DNA from: Candidatus Latescibacterota bacterium | GTDB lineage: Bacteria; Latescibacterota; UBA2968; UBA8231 | DNA: 64,000 nucleotides | NCBI GenBank assembly: GCA_963422735.1 | Contig: OY730476.1 | Location: forward strand, 4,800,001 to 4,864,000 | Reading direction: 5' to 3' | Part shown: piece after piece, positions 38,740-46,837 of the stretch | Numbering within the stretch: the first letter of the stretch is position 1 | How the letters are laid out: every line of letters begins with the position of its first letter | Translations under genes and position numbers: made by a program | Notes under the pieces: model-generated | What the model saw: only the letters and a program-made list of their open reading frames with translations | What the model was told of the DNA's origin: nothing | The model's database searches: none

Positions 38740-39552
38740 TTAGGCAGGATTGACATTTTCTAAAGCCAATTTATAGTTTTCCTCTAATACTTCAATTCCT
38801 ACCGAGTTTCTACCCATTTCACGAGCCACCTGACACGTAGTGCCTGAACCAACAAAAGGGTCGAGTACCCAGTCGTGTTCTTTTGTAAAGAGTTTAATAA
38901 ACCATTCGGGCAAAGTTTTGGGGAAAGCCGCACTGTGATTCTTATTTCCGCATTCTGTGGCTAAGTGGAGCACATTGGTTGGGTAAACCTTATCGCGGCT
39001 AACCCAGTTGGATACGTTTTTTCCAAAACCACTTTGGGCTTTGGATTCATCTCGGGTTTTATCAGTCTCACTTAATTTTCTCAAGCGCGATTCTGCCCAA
39101 TCGCCCATGGGCAACATGACCGCTTCTTGATACATGTTAAATTTCTTGTTTTTATTAAATTGTAAGCAGCGTTCCCAAGCATCGCGAAATCTATTAGGCC
39201 ATTTCCCGGGATAACAATTTTTTTTATGCCATATAAATTCTTCTGTCCAAAACCAGCCTTGTTTTCTCATGGCCAGAATCAACTCTAAGACATAAGTATG
39301 CCGCTCGCCGTTAACCGCTTTCTCTTTAATGTTTAAAATAAAAGTCCCGGTAGGCTTGAGAACTCTGAGCATCTCTTGCGTCATGGGCAAAAACCACTCG
39401 ACGTACTTATCCGGCTTAATTCCACCATAGGTCTTTGCTCGACTATCGGCATAAGGAGGAGAGGTAACAATCAAATCAAAGTGATCGTCTGGCATTTCTG
39501 AAAGCACATCTAGACAGTCTCCCAAACGAATATTTGCCTCAACTTTTTTCAT
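38740..39552 (-). CDS. Site-specific DNA methyltransferase (beta class, N4-C/N6-A)
   Basis: GDCL and VTSPPY (motif IV) precede HSAAFP...VLDPFVGSGTT (motif I). AT-rich. Alternative GTG start at 39588. Confidence 0.92.
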   Translation of the reverse strand: MKKVEANIRLGDCLDVLSEMPDDHFDLIVTSPPYADSRAKTYGGIKPDKYVEWFLPMTQEMLRVLKPTGTFILNIKEKAVNGERHTYVLELILAMRKQGWFWTEEFIWHKKNCYPGKWPNRFRDAWERCLQFNKNKKFNMYQEAVMLPMGDWAESRLRKLSETDKTRDESKAQSGFGKNVSNWVSRDKVYPTNVLHLATECGNKNHSAAFPKTLPEWFIKLFTKEHDWVLDPFVGSGTTCQVAREMGRNSVGIEVLEENYKLALENVNPA

Positions 39553-39665
39553 AGCACCCTTGCTGAATTGCGCTTCTTCCCGGTTCACTTAGAAACGATA
39601 GGAGTACATAGTATTAGGTAATTGGACTCGGAACAGCAAAAACGCTCCGCCCGAACTTTTGGGCA

Positions 39666-41624
39666 TCAGGTCCGGCTAGCCGCCCGATCCCGGACCATCT
39701 CGTGCCCTTCAAACAGATCCCGCGCCACCGTCCCCTGCGCTTGGCGCGGCGGCGCGGCCCCCAGTATCTGGCAGAAGGTGGGCACTACATCGGCGGCGTG
39801 GATGTACCCCAGTCTGTCCACCGGCCGCTCGTAGCCCCGCTTTACGCCTGGCCCGGCCAACAACCACGAGCCAAAGCTGGACGAGGTCTGGCTCTGAGTC
39901 GGCAGAAAACCTCCGTGGTGTGCCCCGAACACATTGGGCGCTCCAACACAGCCTCCGCCGGCAATGCCGCGCCACTGCCCGTAGTACCCGCTCACGTACC
40001 CGTGGTCCCAGGCAAAGACCACATCGCCGCACTGGTCTCCCCATTGGCCGAGGATGTACGCGTCTCGCCGCGGCAGAGCCACGGCCACTGGATTGCGCCC
40101 CACCTCCCGATCGACCCACGTGCGCAAGGCTAGCAGCAACTCGGCCTCAATGCGGTCGAATTTCGGCCCCGGATCAGCGTTGATGAAAATGTCGAACCCT
40201 TTGTCGTCCTTGAGATAGGCCCGGGTGCGCTCCCAGTCGATATCTTCCTCGCGCACTTGGTCGCGTATCAGTGCCTCTTCTCCCCCCTTGAGTGCTAGAA
40301 AGCCCTGATCGTGCAAAAACTGCCGGATATTGGCCACCCGCACATCGGGCGAGCACCCGTGGTCGGACACCACGCCCACGTACGTATGCTCATCTGCGTC
40401 TTCCCACAGCCGCCCCAAAATGCGGTCTCCCACCTGATAGGCGCGCCGAAAGTAGTCCAAGTACTGTTCAGCGCGCTCGGCTGCATACCCCGGGCACACC
40501 GGATCCACATCCCCGAGGTGGATGTGGTTGAGATAGTCGTACAAGTGCCAGTGGCAAATAAAAAAGGAACAGCCCCGCTCGCGCAGCATGTAGCGAGCGA
40601 CCTCGGCAAACCACATCCCCTGGTACTCGCATTCTTCCAAGGCCGTGTCAAAATCGGCCATCCCTGCGGTATAGGGCAACATGGAGGCGTGTTCCTGATA
40701 TGGGCCGAAGCGCTCCACCAACTTCCCGGCCAATTCGTCGGGCAGGGTGAAGCCATCGGTATAGGTCACCTGAGTGCGGTAGAGCTTGAGCCGGCTGCCA
40801 TCCGCTGCCAGTTCCATTAGCTTGAAGCGCACCGACGCCGGGCGTCTGTTCCCGTCGATGGCAAAGTTCTCCACCGCCCACTCGCTCCATTGGCCCACCC
40901 CAGCAACGGCCACGCAACGGGCTCCGTCCCGGTCTCGGCACACCAGCACTCGGTCGTACCCCCTCCCCGAACTGTCCACCGCCAGCAGGTGGAACGCGGT
41001 GACATCCCCACCCAACCGAGCTACCACCTCAATGCGGCTCTCCAGGGGCAGGGCATGACTTTCGGGTAGGTTCCGCCACCCCTGCGCCGACTTTAGCGGC
41101 GGGATTGGCTCGACGCTGCGCTGCGCCTGCCGCACGGCCGTGCCATCGTGGTCCATCTCGATGGCCTCCTCTAGCGCGGCATCCGTGGTATAGGCTTGGC
41201 AGGTGGCCACTTCAAAATCCGTGCTGCGGTGTCCGGGGTGGCCAAAACCATCGACCACAAAACCCGTCTCCACCCCGGAAGGATGAGCGGCCGGATAGTG
41301 GACGGCCACGCTCTGCATGCCCGCCCGCTCCAAGGCGTTCCAGATGCGCTCGGCATTGTTGGCCCGCCCGTCGAAACTGTCAATCCGCTGGCCCGGCGAG
41401 ACTTCCACCCGCCAGCGCGTCACCCCGTGCGTGCCCGTGTGCGCCCCGGTCGAAAGGGTGGCCCAGTTGGTCGGGGTCCACACCGGGAAAGAGGGCAAGG
41501 TCTGATTGACCGTCCCCTCTCGCAGCAAGCGCTCGAAGTGGGGCAAGGCCCCTTCTGCGGCGAATCTCTTCATCATCGGGACGATAAAGCCGTCCATGCC
41601 AAAGGCGTAGATTTTGCGCTCCAT
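39666..41624 (-). CDS. Alkaline phosphatase superfamily protein (type I phosphodiesterase/nucleotide pyrophosphatase-like)
   Basis: FGMDG, WTPTNWATLSTGA, DYLNH, VSDHG, DVVPTF. Confidence 0.88.
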   Translation of the reverse strand: MERKIYAFGMDGFIVPMMKRFAAEGALPHFERLLREGTVNQTLPSFPVWTPTNWATLSTGAHTGTHGVTRWRVEVSPGQRIDSFDGRANNAERIWNALERAGMQSVAVHYPAAHPSGVETGFVVDGFGHPGHRSTDFEVATCQAYTTDAALEEAIEMDHDGTAVRQAQRSVEPIPPLKSAQGWRNLPESHALPLESRIEVVARLGGDVTAFHLLAVDSSGRGYDRVLVCRDRDGARCVAVAGVGQWSEWAVENFAIDGNRRPASVRFKLMELAADGSRLKLYRTQVTYTDGFTLPDELAGKLVERFGPYQEHASMLPYTAGMADFDTALEECEYQGMWFAEVARYMLRERGCSFFICHWHLYDYLNHIHLGDVDPVCPGYAAERAEQYLDYFRRAYQVGDRILGRLWEDADEHTYVGVVSDHGCSPDVRVANIRQFLHDQGFLALKGGEEALIRDQVREEDIDWERTRAYLKDDKGFDIFINADPGPKFDRIEAELLLALRTWVDREVGRNPVAVALPRRDAYILGQWGDQCGDVVFAWDHGYVSGYYGQWRGIAGGGCVGAPNVFGAHHGGFLPTQSQTSSSFGSWLLAGPGVKRGYERPVDRLGYIHAADVVPTFCQILGAAPPRQAQGTVARDLFEGHEMVRDRAASRT

Positions 41625-41809
41625 AGCTCCTCATTATGGTCAGTGGGGAGTTCCCATCCGCGTAGGGCACTATTCGCTATTCACTCGCCCCTAAGCATAG
41701 TTAGCGGCTTTTTTCCGCAGCCAGCAACAAGATCGCCGCTACCCCTTGCAGCGGAGTCAACCATTTATTGACGGCTATCTGCGGATTTGGCTACGTTACG
41801 CTGCGTTTT

Positions 41810-41962
41810 GTGGTCAGTGGCCTGTGGTCAGTGGCCTGTGGTCAGTGGCCTGTGGTCAGTGGCCTGTGGTCAGTGGCCTGTGGTCAGTGGCCTGTGGTCA
41901 GTGGCCTGTGGTCAGTGGCCTGTGGTCAGTGGCCTGTGGCCTGTGGCCTGTGGTCAGTGGCC
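41810..41962. repeat. Tandem array (GTGGTCA-GTGGCCT)x9 plus 4 further heptamers
   Basis: Perfect 14-bp dimer-of-heptamer units in a divergent intergenic region. Confidence 0.98.
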
Positions 41963-41984
41963 AATGTCTAGGAATGAGGCGGAA

Positions 41985-42047
41985 ACTGATCACTAACCAC
42001 TGATCACTGATCACTGATCACTAACCACTAACCACTAACCACTACCC
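41985..42047. repeat. Heptamer array (ACTGATC/ACTAACC)x9, inverted relative to 41810-41962
   Basis: Ends 5 bp before ATG 42053. The units are near reverse complements of the GTGGTCA family. Confidence 0.95.
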
Positions 42048-42052
42048 CCTCC

Positions 42053-43996
42053 ATGCCCCCAGCCCCCCAGCCCTTCCCCGCAATTCGCCTACCGGCGATG
42101 CTGACTGGCCTTGGGCTTTGCGCCCTGATCGCCGTGGGGTTGCCCTATGGGGAATTCGTAATCAAGGGCACCCGGCTGGGCCTGAGTTCATCGACGCCAG
42201 CGGCTTTTTTTGTGCTCTTCTGTTTGCTCGCGCTGGTGCAACCGCTGCTGGGGCTAGTGCGGCGGCACTGGGCGTTCAATCGCGCCGAACTGCTGCTGAT
42301 TACCGCGATGATGATGCTGGCAACGGCGATTCCATCGCGGGGCTTTACCGGAGCTGCGATCCCCGCCATTTCCAGTGTACTCTATTATGCGACCCCAGAA
42401 AATAACTGGATCGAGCTGCTGATGCCCCACATCCCCACTTGGATGGTCGTCCAAGACGAAGTAGCGATCAAGCAGTTTTACGAGGGGCTACCCCGTGGCG
42501 AATCCATCCCTTGGGGCGCTTGGGTCGAGCCGCTTTTTTGGTGGTTGCTCTTTATGGCCGCTTTCTACCTCGTGCTCATCTGCGCGATGGTGATTATGCG
42601 GCGGCAGTGGATGGACCACGAGCGGTTGCTCTACCCGCTGGTCCAGGTGCCCTTGGGGATGATCGAGGACGGCCCTCGGCCCACCCGCATAAAGCCCTTT
42701 TTGCGCAATCCAATAATGTGGGTTGGCTTTGCGGTGCCGGCGATCCTCAATACGATCAACTCCTTTAGCCACTACTACGAGTTCGCGCCGCGCGTCGATA
42801 TCAACCTGCCGCTAGCCTTGGGACACGACGCGGTTGTCTTGCGCCTGCGGCTCAACTACCTGATGATGGGCCTAGCCTATTTTATCAACACCGGCATCTC
42901 CGGCAGCTTGTGGTTTTTCTATCTGTTGGCCAAAGCCCAAGAATGGGCCTGCTCGACGCTGGGCGTCTTCACTACCGAACAGCTCGACGCCTTCAGTCAC
43001 GCCGGCCCCACCACGGGCATGTTGAGCCATCAGAGCATGGGCGCGATGATTATGCTGGTCGTCCTAGGGCTGTGGGCGGCACGCGGGCATCTAAAGGCCG
43101 TGTGGCAGCAGGCCCGAGCCGGCGGCAACGCAGCCGGGGAGTTGCTGTCCTACCGGACGGCCTTGATCGGCTTGGCGGGCGGCCTCGTGGTCATGGGCTT
43201 GTGGCTGTGGCAGACGGGATTGCCTTGGTGGGCGGTGGTGCTGTTTCTCGGCGCGGCATTCGCCCTCTTTTTCGCTCTCACTCGCGTGATTGTCGAAGCC
43301 GGTCTCTCGTCGGCTGTGGAGGGGCTTTCGGGCGCGGGCTTTGTGGTCTCGGGCGTCGGCTCGACAGCGCTGGGGGCGACGGGGATGATGGCGTTGGGCT
43401 TTACCCTCGCTTGGGCGGGCGATCTGCTGGTCTTTATGATGGCCCCCTGCGCCAACGGTATCCGCATGTTGCACGGCCTAAAGGTCGGGCGGCGCGTCTT
43501 GGCAATGCTAACGGCGGCGCTGGTCATCGGCCTTTTGGGTTCCATCTATGCGACCCTGAACTTGGGCTACCAGTACGGGGCGCTCAACCTGCACCGGCAG
43601 TATTTCTCCGGGCTTTTCGCCTTGGAGCCTTTTCGCTTTGCCGCTCGCTTCATCGAGACGCCGACCGGTCCCTACTGGCTAGGATGGCTCTGGAACGGGG
43701 TGGGGGCCGCGGTCATGGCGCTCTTGCTGTGGGCGCGCCACCACTTGTTGTGGTGGCCTTTGCATCCCATAGGCTACGTGGCCAGCGGCACTTGGATCCT
43801 CGGCAACATCTGGTTTAGCATCTTTCTCGCTTGGCTGATTAAGTCCTTCGTTTTGAAGTACATGGGGCCAAGCGGCTACCGCTCGACGCGCTGGTTCTTT
43901 TTGGGGGTAATTCTCGGGCAATTCGCTTCGGGCGGAGCGTGGCTGGTCGTGGATGGCTTCACCGGCATGACGGGCAACGTGATCCGCATGTATTAG
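42053..43996 (+). CDS. Polytopic membrane protein, DUF6785/DUF6784-type (paralog 3)
   Basis: YYATPENNW, RRQWMDHERLLYPLVQVP, WWPLHPIGY, DGFTGMTGN. Confidence 0.8.
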   Translation: MPPAPQPFPAIRLPAMLTGLGLCALIAVGLPYGEFVIKGTRLGLSSSTPAAFFVLFCLLALVQPLLGLVRRHWAFNRAELLLITAMMMLATAIPSRGFTGAAIPAISSVLYYATPENNWIELLMPHIPTWMVVQDEVAIKQFYEGLPRGESIPWGAWVEPLFWWLLFMAAFYLVLICAMVIMRRQWMDHERLLYPLVQVPLGMIEDGPRPTRIKPFLRNPIMWVGFAVPAILNTINSFSHYYEFAPRVDINLPLALGHDAVVLRLRLNYLMMGLAYFINTGISGSLWFFYLLAKAQEWACSTLGVFTTEQLDAFSHAGPTTGMLSHQSMGAMIMLVVLGLWAARGHLKAVWQQARAGGNAAGELLSYRTALIGLAGGLVVMGLWLWQTGLPWWAVVLFLGAAFALFFALTRVIVEAGLSSAVEGLSGAGFVVSGVGSTALGATGMMALGFTLAWAGDLLVFMMAPCANGIRMLHGLKVGRRVLAMLTAALVIGLLGSIYATLNLGYQYGALNLHRQYFSGLFALEPFRFAARFIETPTGPYWLGWLWNGVGAAVMALLLWARHHLLWWPLHPIGYVASGTWILGNIWFSIFLAWLIKSFVLKYMGPSGYRSTRWFFLGVILGQFASGGAWLVVDGFTGMTGNVIRMY

Positions 43997-44020
43997 TAGG
44001 GGCGACCCTTGTGGTCGCCC
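43996..44020 (+). repeat. GTAG-type REP element
   Basis: GTAGGGGCGACCCTTGTGGTCGCCC: a GTAG tetranucleotide followed by the palindrome GGGCGACC-n-GGTCGCCC. Confidence 0.8.
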
Positions 44021-44022
44021 GT

Positions 44023-44133
44023 TATTTAGACAAGCTCAGGCATGAGGAAACCAAAGAAAAGGAGCAAAAGCACTGGGAGGGATATGCCCGCAAGCCGGTT
44101 CAATCAGGCGAATTTAGCCCTTGGGAAGATTCT
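44023..44133 (+). pseudogene. C-terminal fragment of an RHH-type (MazE-like) antitoxin
   Basis: YLDKLRHEETKEKEQKHWEGYARKPVQSGEFSPWED; no start codon and no N-terminal RHH domain. Confidence 0.55.
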
Positions 44134-44336
44134 TCAAGCGGAACAATTTTGCGAGGTATAGGCCGGGTTGACGGCGGCTACGATCCTACCAGCCTCTTCC
44201 GCTTTGTAGATCAAGCACTGCCGAAACTGCGACCATGCAGCATCGGAAATGGATTTGGCAAGGCAATGATTATGCACCATACCATTGATCGAAAGGCCTT
44301 CTACGGCAATCAGGCCGAAGCGATTGACCAGCCGAC
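44134..44336 (-). mobile_element. tnpB: Internal fragment of an IS200/IS605-family TnpB
   Basis: RLVNRFGLIAVEGLSINGMVHNHCLAKSISDAAWSQFRQCLIYKAEEAGRIVAAVNPAYTSQNCSA*, i.e. RuvC-II up to the start of the zinc finger. Confidence 0.88.
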
Positions 44337-44650
44337 TTGGAGGCAATTTTTTGAGGTTCGCTCCCATCGAGGTTTGCCCGCCAGATTGGGTAGTCCGGCC
44401 AGGCCCACCACCATATACGGTTCTCGTCTGCATCCAAGACAAAGGACGAAATACGTTTATTCATCGGAGCAGGAGCAATTTCTTCTTCTCCACTCCCGTC
44501 TAACCTTGCCCGCCAGACATCTGTCGATCTCCGGGTAGCTTGCAACATGTACATCCAAGGTAAAACCCTCAGCTCGGATGCTTTGGTCTTCCGGGGCGGA
44601 ATATTAATGGCTCGATATTGATCCCGTCGAAGTTGGCTCGATACCGCTGA
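44337..44650 (-). pseudogene. Fragment of an LDL-receptor class B (YWTD)-like beta-propeller repeat protein
   Basis: Three repeats across frames: YRANFDGINIEPL, VWRARLDGSGEEEI, LDADENRIWW...IWRANLDGSEPQKI. Confidence 0.65.
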
Positions 44651-44733
44651 GACCGCTGAGCAAAGACTTCATAAGTCCATGAGGGTATAGAGCGTCCACA
44701 AGGGGAAGCCCTGGTGTCCCTACATCCCCGACG

Positions 44734-44987
44734 TTACTGGAGCTTATACAGAATCACGCCGATGGTCGACAGCCAACTGGTGAACAACAGGCCGAGAAAC
44801 CAATTCATGCGCCGGTCGAGGCTCTCGATTTTGCGTTCAACAGCGTCGATCTGGGCGGCGGTGTTTTTCTTCAAGCTCTCGATTTTGTATTCAACGATGT
44901 CAAAGCGGCGGTCATTTTGCTCAATGAGCGTTTCCAAGCGGGCTAAGGTGATGTCGGTTGGTGAACTTTGGTTTCAAACTCGTTCAT
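44734..44987 (-). pseudogene. Small coiled-coil + C-terminal TM protein (DUF1640/XhlA-like), frameshifted near the N-terminus
   Basis: RBS plus ATG 44987 MNEFETKVHQ is out of frame with TDITLARLETLIEQNDRRFD...DRRMNWFLGLLFTSWLSTIGVILYKLQ*. Confidence 0.55.
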
Positions 44988-45187
44988 CTACGTCCCCCTT
45001 TCGAGTGCACGGACGGGCCGATCTCGTCCGTCGGGAATATAAAAGCCGTGCTCCTCATGCCAAAGGGACGGCCCCTATATTCCCACAATACTCTACTAAA
45101 GCTGCAAATAAAACCAAGAATTACATACAGTTAGTCATGTTGGTAAAAAACTTGACACTCGCCTAGCCGTTGATTAAATCAAACAGC

Positions 45188-46825
45188 ATGTTTATCGCTA
45201 CTCCCCGCTCCCTGTGGTGCGCTATCGCCCTCTTGGCCCTGTTTGGCTGCGAGCCAGACGACACCGTCGTGGCCCAAGTCGGCGATGTGGCCCTCACCAA
45301 GGCCGCGTATCTGCGCTTTGTCGAACGCTTGCCGCCCGGGTTGCAGAGCGAATCCGCGCGTGACCACCTACAGTCTCTCGTCGATCAGGAGTTGCTGCTG
45401 CAAGAGGCCCGCGCTAGGGGGATCGAGCAAGGCGACGCGGTCCGCTATCAGCTAAACGCTCTCGTCCGCAAGCAGCTCTCCCAGCGCTACCAAGCCGAAG
45501 TACTCGCTCCCCAAGTTGAGGTGACGCCAGAAGAAGTCGAGCGCACTTTCGTCGATATGGGCTTTGACCGCGAGCGGCTGTTTGCACGGATTCTGGTGCG
45601 GCAGCAGCCAGATGTGGACCGCGTATTACAGGCCCTGCACGCGGGCGAGCCTTTCGCCAAATTAGCGCAGCGCTTTGCGGCCAACGATCTTTTCGCCCAA
45701 CAGGGCGATGGAGTCGTCGGTTGGATTGGACGCACTCAAGCGCAGCGCTTTGCCATTCCGCCGCAGACCTTCCTCGCCCTACCGGTCGGCCAAATCGCCG
45801 AGCCGCTGCCGCTGGCGGGCGGCTGGCAGATCTATCGCTTTGTCGAAGACCGACCGGCCGACAAGACCGACTACGCGCAAGAAGCCGCCAGCGCAGCGCA
45901 CCGCGAAAAGTGGCAGAGTCTTCTGCAAATCGAAGTGGAAACTCTGAGCCGCTCCTTGGGCCTACAGCTAAACTGCGAAGGCCTGCAAGCCTTGCTGGCT
46001 GAGCCGAACCCCACCGGCCCGCGTGCCGCGCTTCCCCTCTACCGCTTTGATGGCGGGGCGATTTCTTTGGGCGAATACCTCTACAACCTGCGCTCGATCG
46101 GCTTCCGCGCCGCCCTGCAAGACAGCGCGCAGGTCGTCTCGTTGGCCCGCGCTTCGCTCTTGCCAGCCTATCTGATGGCGGCGGCGGCCCAGCGGCGCGG
46201 ATGGGATCAAGAGGCCGAATTTGCGGAGTGGCACGAGCGCAAGCGGAAAGCCCTCGTTTTGCAGCAACTCACCAAGGCAGAAACCGCGACAAAGGTCGCC
46301 CCCAGCGAAGCGGAAATCGCTGCGTACTACGAGGCAAACAAGACGCGCTTCCGCACGGCCGAATCCGTCCACATCAACCATCTCCTCGCGCCCACCCGCG
46401 AACAGGCCGAGGAGTTGCACAAAGCCCTCGCAAATGGCAGCACCGTCGCCGAGCTGTTGGCCCGGCCGGGCGTCGAAACGTTCCACTCGCCGACCGAGCG
46501 GTCGGGGACAACCCACGGCGATCCGCACGACGACGGAGCGCTGCACCTGCGCAAGGTGGTGCGGGCGCGCTACCCCCAGCTTGTGGACGCGGCCTTTGCT
46601 GCGGAGATTGGCGAATGGGACGGGCCAGTGGAGGTGCTGGACCGCTTTGCCGTGTTCCGAGTGCGCCACAAGGAAGGCGGCGACATCCAACCCTTCGCCC
46701 AAGCGCGAACGCAAGTGCGGGCCATCTTGGAATCAAGGCGTCGGGACGAGCTTATGGACGCACTCATACAACGCCTGCGTACCGAGCGCGGAAGCCAAGT
46801 CGCCTTATTCGCCGAGCGCCTGTAA
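45188..46825 (+). CDS. PpiC/SurA/PrsA-type peptidyl-prolyl isomerase lipoprotein
   Basis: LFGC lipobox, VVAQVG, LVDQELLLQEA, and two parvulin-like domains (GEPFAKLAQRF; AAFAAEIGEWDGPV). Confidence 0.85.
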   Translation: MFIATPRSLWCAIALLALFGCEPDDTVVAQVGDVALTKAAYLRFVERLPPGLQSESARDHLQSLVDQELLLQEARARGIEQGDAVRYQLNALVRKQLSQRYQAEVLAPQVEVTPEEVERTFVDMGFDRERLFARILVRQQPDVDRVLQALHAGEPFAKLAQRFAANDLFAQQGDGVVGWIGRTQAQRFAIPPQTFLALPVGQIAEPLPLAGGWQIYRFVEDRPADKTDYAQEAASAAHREKWQSLLQIEVETLSRSLGLQLNCEGLQALLAEPNPTGPRAALPLYRFDGGAISLGEYLYNLRSIGFRAALQDSAQVVSLARASLLPAYLMAAAAQRRGWDQEAEFAEWHERKRKALVLQQLTKAETATKVAPSEAEIAAYYEANKTRFRTAESVHINHLLAPTREQAEELHKALANGSTVAELLARPGVETFHSPTERSGTTHGDPHDDGALHLRKVVRARYPQLVDAAFAAEIGEWDGPVEVLDRFAVFRVRHKEGGDIQPFAQARTQVRAILESRRRDELMDALIQRLRTERGSQVALFAERL

Positions 46826-46837
46826 GGAGGTGCTATC

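Noticed and set aside
41746-42003. ORFs encoding SVVSGQW / WSVACGQ repeat peptides (also 17567-18089)
   Set aside because: They are translations of stop-free heptamer arrays, open in several frames, with no RBS. Most likely not genes.
44134-44442. Functional TnpB/Cas12-like nuclease
   Set aside because: Only about 65 codons are TnpB-like. RuvC-I, RuvC-III and the rest of the zinc finger are missing, and no element ends are evident.
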